Positions 52,981 through 64,000 of a stretch of DNA of 64,000 nt are shown in pieces. Made by a program: the position numbers and the translations under genes. A model generated the notes under the pieces. The model made no database searches and was not told the DNA's origin. It worked only from the letters and a program-made list of their open reading frames with translations. Within the stretch, counting starts at the first letter, position 1. Every line of letters starts with the position of its first letter. Source of the stretch: the human T2T-CHM13v2.0 reference genome, Homo sapiens. The stretch lies in the NCBI RefSeq assembly GCF_009914755.1, contig NC_060934.1; one strand, given 5' to 3'.

Positions 52981-53815
52981 AATGCAATTGAACAGCCAAG
53001 ATAATCCTTGGGTAAGGATTAAGGATAGCACAAGAGGGTGGAGAAATGTCCCTGGACCTGATAAAAGACCATAGTCACCGGTCCTGTTGGCCCAAGGCCT
53101 GGGGTGCCTGTTCTGGGCAAGGACCTGACTCCTCAAGGCCTCCCCCCAAACCCCCAGCTACATGGGGAGGTTCCTGGGAACATCCAGCCCTGCAGACCTC
53201 CTTCTCCTCTCACAAGGCTGCCTCGTGGGCCAGAAGCCCATCTCCAGGGCAGTCTCAGTCCAGGGAAGGTGTCCTCAGAGTGTTCCCCCGACCCCAGCTC
53301 CCTCCCGCCGGCCCCTTCCTGTCCTCCTTTCCTCTGGCTCCTCCTTGGGTCAGGCAGCTTCTGGAGATCCCGCCCTCAAGAGTCCAGGCATGGCCACCTG
53401 CCCCTCAGTCCCCGTGGGAGATCCTCCGAGCCTGAGCCCCATGGGTGCAGAGAGTACTGGCCAAGGTGGGTAAGAGCCTCTCCCAGGGCAGCCCATGACA
53501 GGCTCCTCATCCTGCACAGGTCCCCTTGGATCACACGCGTGGGTTTAGGGGTGCAGGAATGAGGTCTTCCCAACATTCCAGACCACGGGGGATAGTTCCT
53601 CCCGGCTCCAAACCATATGCCCACCCTGAAGCTCCATGCTGCAGCCAGAGACCCTGAGGCACAGGCTGGGGGAGCAGAGGAAGCCACGACCCACCCTGGG
53701 TGAAACTTGGCATCACCAGTGTCCCTGCAGCAGGAGTCCCCCCCACCCCACCACAGGACAGCTGTGGTCTCAAGCCCCTGAAGGCTCCATGGCCCCGAGA
53801 TCCAGGCCAACACTG

Positions 53816-53937
53816 CCCCACTCAGCTCTCACGCATTGCCACCAACACTCCCAGCCCCACGAAGGAAAAGAAAATCCCCCACTCAGCTCTCATGCATTGC
53901 CACCAACACTCCCAGCCCCGCGAAGGAGAAGAAAATC
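53816..53937. repeat. 61-bp tandem duplication
   Basis: ccccactcagctctca(c/t)gcattgccaccaacactcccagcccc(a/g)cgaagga(a/g)aagaaaatc, two copies. Confidence 0.96.
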
Positions 53938-55589
53938 ATTTTTCCTCTGAGCACAGCTGAGACAGGCAAATTCTCAAAGAAGCGCTGAGGATGGTGAAAG
54001 GAAATCTAATCTTGCCACTTACTGAGAGCTCAGGCCGCCGTCCCGTGAGTGGCCTCCCATCTCCCTCCTGGGTCCCTTGTCTTTGTCCCAGCTTCTTCCT
54101 TAGCTGTGCTCACTAAGTGCGCAAGGATTTGAACCAGCCCTGTGCCCATCAGGGGAATTCCCAGGCAATGCAGGTTGCCAAGGACATCTATAGGCCCAGA
54201 GCACCGCGAAATACAGGCCTGGGGGAGGCACTCAACCTGTGAGCTGAGCAGATTTGCTGGCGGCGAAAGCTCCCAGCAACCTCACCCCTCTGGTGGGATG
54301 CCCCAGGCTTCTGCTTCCCGAGACCCCCCGGGGGAGAGGGGTCAGCTGCCCCTAATAGTGAGCCTTCCCGGGCTCACCTCTCCACGACAGGTGCTTCCAG
54401 GATCACCTCCCAAATACATCCCCCTCCCTCCAATGCCGGTCTCAGGGTCTGCTTTAGGAGTGAGGAAACCAAACCAAGATAGAGGACAAAGACTGAGAGT
54501 TTGGCAAAGGAAGGACTCAAAGAAGTGGTCCATGATAGAGGAGACAGGATGGAGGCACTTCTGTGTCGTTTGAGTCTCACTATGGTCCTTTAGCGTAGGT
54601 GATATTATTCCCATGTCTCAGCTGCAGCCATTGAGGCTCAGACACGCCCCAGATTCCCCACTGAGGACAGGTGAAGCTGGGATTCAAACCCAGGCCACTG
54701 ACCGGAGCCCAGGTCCCAGATGCTTCCAGGCAGAGCTGGGGGAAATGGCATGTTCTCTGGAACTGGGACATTTTCAACCATTCCATGAAGTTAATACGAT
54801 GACAGAAAACTGGCTCATTGAGTCCCTGGGACTGACGAGAAGGCAGTCAGAGGGAGGACCACGTTTTATGCTCCCGATCGCCCCATCCCCTCCCCCCGCA
54901 GGCCTCGTGCTTCCCACCACCCGCTCATTCATTCCGCACGTTGAACAGCCTCATCTCCCTCTTTTCCCTTATCTCAAAAAGCCCAGAGCTCAGCTTTCTC
55001 TTCAAAAGCTCCGCTAATGAGAAGCACATTTGATTTCCTCGGGGGAGGCAGCTGTGGGATGAGAGCCGGAAGTGTAAACTCTGCTGGTGGCTGAATCATC
55101 GCGGTGCTTCTTAACTTTTTATGGCGATGTTTTCTAATTTTCTAAAAACACATAGAAGAATGAGGCTCATCGCTCTCGTTATCGGCATTGACTGGAGTGG
55201 AGTTCAAAAGGCTACAGATGGTGTTGAAATATTCTCCACAGGCTGGGGAGGCCGGCGTTCAGAACCCAGGGCCCCGCCCTCCTCGGGCCAGGCACGGGGA
55301 AGGCAGGACCCAGGGGAGCAGCCAGCACTGCGCATGCTGGGAGTGTTCAATAAATACAGGCTGAATGAATGAATGAACTGATGCAACCAAAACTTTCTTT
55401 TTCTCCAAGGAAATTAAAATGATTGGCCTATGACGACCCATTAATAAGATGGAATATGATACAGTCAAAAACTTAATGACTGGGAGAATATGTAATGACA
55501 GTGATAAAGTATTCCCCTTTTATTTTTAAAGTGAAAAGCAAATTGAAAAAAATAGAATTAGATCCGAGCTTTATTTTCAACACATGTAC

Positions 55590-56345
<756 letters not shown>

Positions 56346-56609
56346 TATATGTATATAAATACAGAGAAATATAGCAGACATAAGGACAGGCACAAATGCT
56401 AGTGGTAGTTATCTCTGAACTGTGGAATAAGGAATGGTTTGCAATTTCTTCTTTGTCTTTCCCTGCATTTTCCAGTTTTCAATCATGAACATGTGTTAGT
56501 TACTTCAGTAATCAGAGAGAAACATGTCCGACGGCAGCCAGGACAGGGCACGACCTCACCTACTGGCTGCCTCCCCAGAATCCGTGGTCTGCTCTTCCTC
56601 TAGAAAGAC

Positions 56610-57085
56610 CAGCGTTCCTCTTTGTCCAATGTGTTCTCTTCTCCATTCTCCATTTCACATTTCAAGCTAATGACCCGCTCCCCTAGATCCAGAGGTGGAT
56701 CTTATTTTCTAAGCCAATCAGCATTTTCCATTTTACCAGGCCTCAGTGATTGGTTTTGGAATGGGAACCCAAGCCAATCAAAATCAACAAGGCCCCTTCT
56801 TCCATAAGAAAGCAATTCAAAGAGACTCAACCTTTCCCACTGGACACAAATGGAAAACAATGTAGCCCCAGGAACTCTGGCAGCCATTCTGTGCCCATGA
56901 GAAGAGCGTCTGAATGAAAACATGCCAATACCAAGGAAATAGAGCCAAGAAAAGAAGAGAGAGGAGCCAAGTCCTGGTTACATCATTTGAGCCCTGGAGC
57001 AAATCATTCATGATAGCTGAGTTTCAGGTGCCAATAAAATCTCATGTTTTGCTGAAGCCAGTCTGAGTTGAGCTTTCTGATACAA
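56610..57085 (+). mobile_element. Old MLT1 (J/K-like) LTR
   Basis: 'ctaagccaatcagc...cagtgattggttttggaatggg...ggcagccatt...gaagccagtctgagttgagctttctg'. Confidence 0.65.
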
Positions 57086-57379
57086 GCTAGAGATCCAAAT
57101 GGCATGTGGTGTATTGGGGGGCTTCTCTCGAGGCCAAACAAATGGAAAACAGCCAGCCCCAAGAGGGTGCGGCTCCGCCCAGCCAGGAATCAAGGCGTCA
57201 GTCAACCAAAGAGACGAGGAAAGGACAACCCGGAACCTGGGCTCACTGTGGAAGCAGCAGAGGGAGCCTCTCCTCTGCCAGAAAGGGGAAGCCTTCGCTC
57301 AGTATCCTTTGGAGAGGCAGGGCAGCATGGAGGTTACTTACCAGGAGGGACCCAGGTCTGACCGGCTCAGACCCCTGGA

Positions 57380-57550
57380 CTTCATCCCAGCTCTATTCAT
57401 CGCTAGCTGATCACCTTGGGCAACTTTCTTAACTTCTCTGGGCCTCAGTCTCTGCACTTGAGGATATAGTAGCGCCTATCATGTAGGCTGTTGTGAAGAT
57501 TAAACAAGTTAATACCTGCAAAGACTTTAGAACAGTAGTTGGCACAGAAC
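57380..57550 (+). mobile_element. MIR
   Basis: 'ccttgggcaactttcttaacttctctgggcctcagt...gttgtgaagattaaa'. Confidence 0.8.
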
Positions 57551-58059
57551 TATCCTCCTTAAGAGATTTCAGCGGCTGCTGTTGTTCTTCATATTATTAA
57601 TGCTAACGCTCTCCTTGGATGAGTTCCACTCCAGAGGTTTGCGGCCCTCCAGCTTCCACCCACATGTGTATGAGCCCCCTTCGGGCAGGCGCTACCCAGC
57701 CCCCACCCCGAACCTGACCTGATGGGCTGCTCTGGACCCACCCACGCCTGATGGTGGAGGCATGAGCAGACACAGAGCTCCGCAGCCTTTCCCCAGCCCC
57801 AGGCTGTGATGTGTTTCTGCTGCAGGTGACAGGCAGCCTTCCCTACCCTGGATGAATGGGGGAGATGATTTCATTGTCAGGACTCTGGGGTCCCATGAGG
57901 CTGCAAACACTCCACCTCCCACACCTCCCTCAGCCGCACTTACCTCTGGGCTGGCGTCACCTTCTGGCAGGTCGTTTTCAAGTCGAATAACTTTTTTTTT
58001 TTTTAAGCCTGAAGACTCAACAAATCTGTCACTTAAAAAACTCGAGTTCACAAGAAAGT

Positions 58060-59520
58060 CATAGAGAAAGATGATGTACTGAATAGCTGAAATGGCAAAG
58101 ATGCTGAATAATCATGAATGTACTACGTGTAAAAATTCATGGGTAATGATTAAAGTTGTTCTTAGAGGAAAACTCAAAGCTTTTAATACGTTTAATTGGA
58201 AAACAAGAAAAACTGAAAACAAATGAGTTCAACTCAAGGAGCTTAAAATAAACAACGGTCAACTCAAGGCAAAAAGGGCATAAGAAAATAGACAAGGGCA
58301 GAATTCAATAAACTCGAGAACAAAACAGGAATGTCAAAAAAAAGTCAAAATACAAATATAGAAAATGAAAACAAAATAACTCACATATAGCAATCATTTT
58401 GGATTTTGGGGGTGGTTTTTTTTTTTTTGAGACAGAGTCTCACTCTGTCACCCAGGCTGGAGTGCAAATGGAGTGATCTCTCAGCTTACTGCAACCTCTG
58501 CCTCCTAGGTTCAAGCAATTCTCATGCCTCAGCCTCCAGCCTCCTAAATAGCTGGGATTACGGGTGCACATCACCACGCCCAGCTAATTTTTTTTTTCTT
58601 TGTATTTTTAGTAGAGACGGGTTTCACCATGTTGGTCAGGCTGGTCTCAAACTCCTGACCTCGAGTAATCCACCCACTTCAGCCTCCCAAAGTGCTGAGA
58701 TTACAGGCATGAGCCACCACACCCAACCACACATAGCAATAATTTTAAGTGAAATAATTAAGAAATATTATTCACAGCTACAAACCAAAACTTAAAAGCA
58801 GATGAAATGGATACATTTCTGGAAAAAAAAAAATAACAAAGTGCCAAAACTGGTGCAAGAGGAAATAGAAAAGTTGAATAGATCAGTAGCCATGAAAGAA
58901 AATAAAAACCCAAGAGGAACAACAAACTGTAAGAAATAACAGGAGGCTTCAGCATGGTTACCAGACATATACTCAACCTACAAAAAACAACTATGCTTGT
59001 CCACTCCAGCAAAAATCCACGGGAAAAATGTAGCCAAAGATATAATAGCATTGGTCATAGCAGCAAAAAATATAAAGTGTCTAGGAATTAGCCTACCAGA
59101 GAATGCATGATATCTGTATGGAGAAAATTTTGCATCTACTAAGGGTACAAAATGATATGTGAGCAGTGGTGAAATGGACCTATTCACTTAGCACTGCCAA
59201 GGGTGATTTCCCTCAAGCTAATCTGTAAGTTAAAAACAATTACATTAAATTACATTAAATCTAGCCAAAAGCACAGCCACATATTTTCAGGAATGTAACA
59301 AATCAATTCAAAAATTCATCTGACAAATAAAGATTCATGAATGGCTAAAATGATCTTTTTTAAAAAAAGATCAAACAAGTAGTGTTGGCAAGAGAAATAT
59401 ATCAGAAACAGATCAAAGAAACAGAATAGAAATTCCAGGATCAGACCAAAATGATGGATGTGGCATCAAAAGTCAAGGAGGGAAAAAATGAATTATTTAG
59501 TAATTGATGTTGGAGATACG
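58060..59520 (+). mobile_element. Old L1M ORF2 fragments interrupted by an AluS (58416-58728, minus strand)
   Basis: 'cttagaggaaaactcaaagc', 'gatgaaatggatacatttctggaaaa', 'ctaggaatta'. Confidence 0.75.
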
Positions 59521-60012
59521 AGCTTGCTATGTGGAGAAGAGCTTGGCTCCTAGCATACACAAGCTACACTGCCAGGGAACAGCCCCTAGCTCAAGCATGA
59601 CTCACTGGCCACATATGCCACCAAAATATTGTGCTGGCTACTGGACAATCACTGGTCTGGGTATTGCAGTGTGTCTGATAATTTTCACATATATTCATGA
59701 CATTTTTCAATGTTTAATGCATATTAAATACTTATGTAATTCAAACTTTTCCTACACAGAAAAGTGATTGAAAGAAACAAGTTCTTAGTGGAAAGCAGGT
59801 TTCTGAACTCTTTACACTGAATTAAGCAAGCAAATAATCAGGCTGCTTCAAAGATAAGCAACTGAAGCATTCGACTTCTAAAAAGACAGAGGTAAACTAC
59901 CCAAAATGAACAACTCCAACTCCAGTAAGGCCGCATCGCAAGAGTAAGAAGACAAAAGGAATTATGAAGAAAAGTGTTTATCCTGACTATTTACTTCTTT
60001 TAGAATAGGGAA

Positions 60013-60605
60013 GGCCCAGTGTGGTAGCTGACTCCTGTAATTCCAGCACTTTGGGAGGCCAGGTGGGTAAATCACTTGAGCCCAGGAATTTGAGACCAGC
60101 CTGGGCAACATGGCAAAACCTCATGTCTACAAAAAATACAAAAATTAGCCAGGTGGCTCATGCCTGTAGTTCCAGGCACTTAGGAGGCTGAGGCACGAGA
60201 ATCACTTGAGCCCAAGAAGTGGAGGTTGCAATGAGCCAAGGTCGTGCCCCTGCACTCCAACCTGGGTGACAGAGTAAGACCTTGTCTTAAATAAATAAAT
60301 AAGCCAGGCCTGATGACGCACACTTGTAGTCCCAGCTACATGGGAGGGTAAGGCGGAAGGGTCACTTGAGCCCAGCAAGTCAAGGCTGCAGTGAGCTGTG
60401 ATTATGTCACTGCACTCCAGCCTGAGTGACAGAATGAGACCCTGTCTCAAAAAACAAAACAAAACAAAACAAAAAAATTGACTGGGTGTGGTGCCTCATG
60501 CCTGTAATCCCAGTACTTCGAATGCCAAAGTGGGTGGATTGCTTGAGCCCAGGAGTTCAATACCAGCCTAGACAACATGCCAAAACCCTGTCTCTACTTA
60601 AAATA
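60013..60605 (+). mobile_element. Tandem Alu cluster: AluJ dimer, extra right monomer, left monomer
   Basis: Head-to-tail Alu units at 60013, 60302 and 60480. Confidence 0.9.
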
Positions 60606-60805
60606 ATAATATGTTTTTAAAATGTAAAAAAAAAAGGGGGAGATTTTTTTATTATTGGTGTAGGTTATGTAGAAGAAAAAAACACTAAAAGCTCTTTAGA
60701 TGCAACTATCAATGGCATTTGTAAAATGTTCACCTTGTACACAAATACAAGAATATAAAAGCTGAAAAACACGTATGTGCATATAACATAAAATAATGTC
60801 ATATA

Positions 60806-61217
60806 TGATATGGTTTAGATCTGTTTCCCCACCCAAATCTTATGTTCAATTGTAATCCTCAGTGTTGGAGGTAGGGCCTGGTGGGAGGTGATTGAATCTT
60901 GGGGGTGGGTCTCATGGTCTGACACCATCCTCCCTTGGTGCTGTTTTCATCATAGTGAGTGAGTTCTTGCAAGATCTGGTTGTTTAGAAGTGTGTAGCAT
61001 CTCCCTGCTCTTTCTCGCTTGCTCCTGCTCTGGCCATGTAAGATGTGTTTGCTTCCCCTTTGCCTTCTGCCATGATTGTAAGTTTCCTGAGGCCTCCCCA
61101 GAAGCCAGTATGCTTCCTGTACAGCCTGCAGAACCATGAGCCAATTAAACCTCTTTTCTTTACAAATTACCCAATCTCAGATATTTCTATATAGTAGTGT
61201 GAGAATGGACTAATACA
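60806..61217 (+). mobile_element. MSTA/MSTB solo LTR
   Basis: 'tgatatggtttagatctgtttccccacccaaatct...gagaatggactaataca'. Confidence 0.9.
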
Positions 61218-61315
61218 TTATACATTATAATACTAATATATACATTATAATACTAATGCATTATAATACAATGTATCATATACACACACACATATTCCAA
61301 ACAGTTTAAGGACTA

Positions 61316-62512
<1,197 letters not shown>

Positions 62513-63001
62513 TCAAGTAACTCCTATAAATCAGCAAGTTGAAGACAGTCAACCCTTGAAGAAGATGAAAAAATGTTATGAACAGACAATTAGCAGCAGA
62601 GGAAATCCTGTTGTCACAAAGTAAATGAGGAGCTCCACCTCTCTAGTAACCAGAGACATGGAAATGAAAAGGAGATCGCACCTTGCTGCCACCTTTGCAG
62701 AAAATAGATGGTCAAATGATAGCCAGTGCAGCTGTGGTTTGCAGAAATGGGATTCCTCATCTCCCGCTGGTGGGAAGAACATGCAGGCATTGCAGAGAGC
62801 CATCCAGGAGCATAGGTGAGAGGCACGCATCCCCCCGCGACACAGAGATGCGGCTCCTGCATTTACATCCCAAAGACATTCTTGCACAACCCACAAGAAG
62901 ATACAGAGAAGGACGCTCAGCACAGCATTGCTTTCCACAAAGAGTAGCAGGCAATGGAGAGGCCATCGCCCAGGAACGAAAAAGGTTTGTGGTTTCTTTA
63001 A

Positions 63002-63440
<439 letters not shown>

Positions 63441-64000
63441 TGGACTTTGTTTTTAAGTAAACTCACACACTGGCAAGTCCATGCAGTCATCAGATGGATT
63501 GAACCAGACTTACACATAGCAAAAGGCCCAATCTCAAAAACATAATATCTGACGGAACAAGGAAGAAAGGGATGAGATTTATGGGCCAATACTATTTATG
63601 TAAATTTTAAAACACCCGCAAAATAGCACTATATATTTTCAAGGAGTCACTTATTTTAAAATAAATGTATTATGTGTTGAAAGTGGATCGGAAGAATATA
63701 AAAGCATGAAAGCAGGTATTCTTGGGAGGAGGAAAATGGGAGGGAGGAGGGAGGAGGAAGGGAAAAAATAATAAATAAAACCAAAGTGCAAGGCTGCTGG
63801 GGGAGGGGCAGGTCCTCAGCTGGGTGGTCAGCTCGGTTCGGCGGACCTGCGGACCCCAGGAAAGAAGAAAGGTGTGCGCTGTGCAGACAGCACCGGTCAC
63901 ATGGATGAGGACCAACCCAGACATTTCCCACCACGCAAATTCGGGGTCTTTGTTGCAATGCAGAAGTCGGGATCTTTCCTGCAACCAGGTAAGCACCAAA

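Overview
Primate (catarrhine, human-like) non-coding genomic DNA, either intergenic or deep intronic. I can support no protein-coding exon, tRNA, rRNA or CRISPR array. The six-frame ORFs are chance ORFs, microsatellite translations or Alu/L1/LTR translations. Much of the window is recognisable interspersed repeat: about 20 Alu/FLAM/FRAM copies, L1PA 3' ends with target-site duplications (TSDs), old L1M ORF1/ORF2 fossils, L2, MIR, MaLR LTRs (THE1, MST, MLT1), ERV1/ERVL LTRs, and DNA-transposon fossils (MER45B, MER1A, MER53, Tigger2a, a hAT transposase remnant). There are also several micro- and minisatellites. Repeat subfamily names come from recalled consensus sequences and need RepeatMasker/Dfam confirmation. 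The most unusual signal seen directly in the sequence is a cluster of five short (32-98 bp), about 94-96% identical, locally templated copies within 38 kb (donor/copy pairs 0.6-2.2 kb apart). One of these builds a near-perfect 44-bp-arm hairpin at 30888-30998. They look like scars of template-switch or Pol-theta-type repair. I did not find a new gene system.
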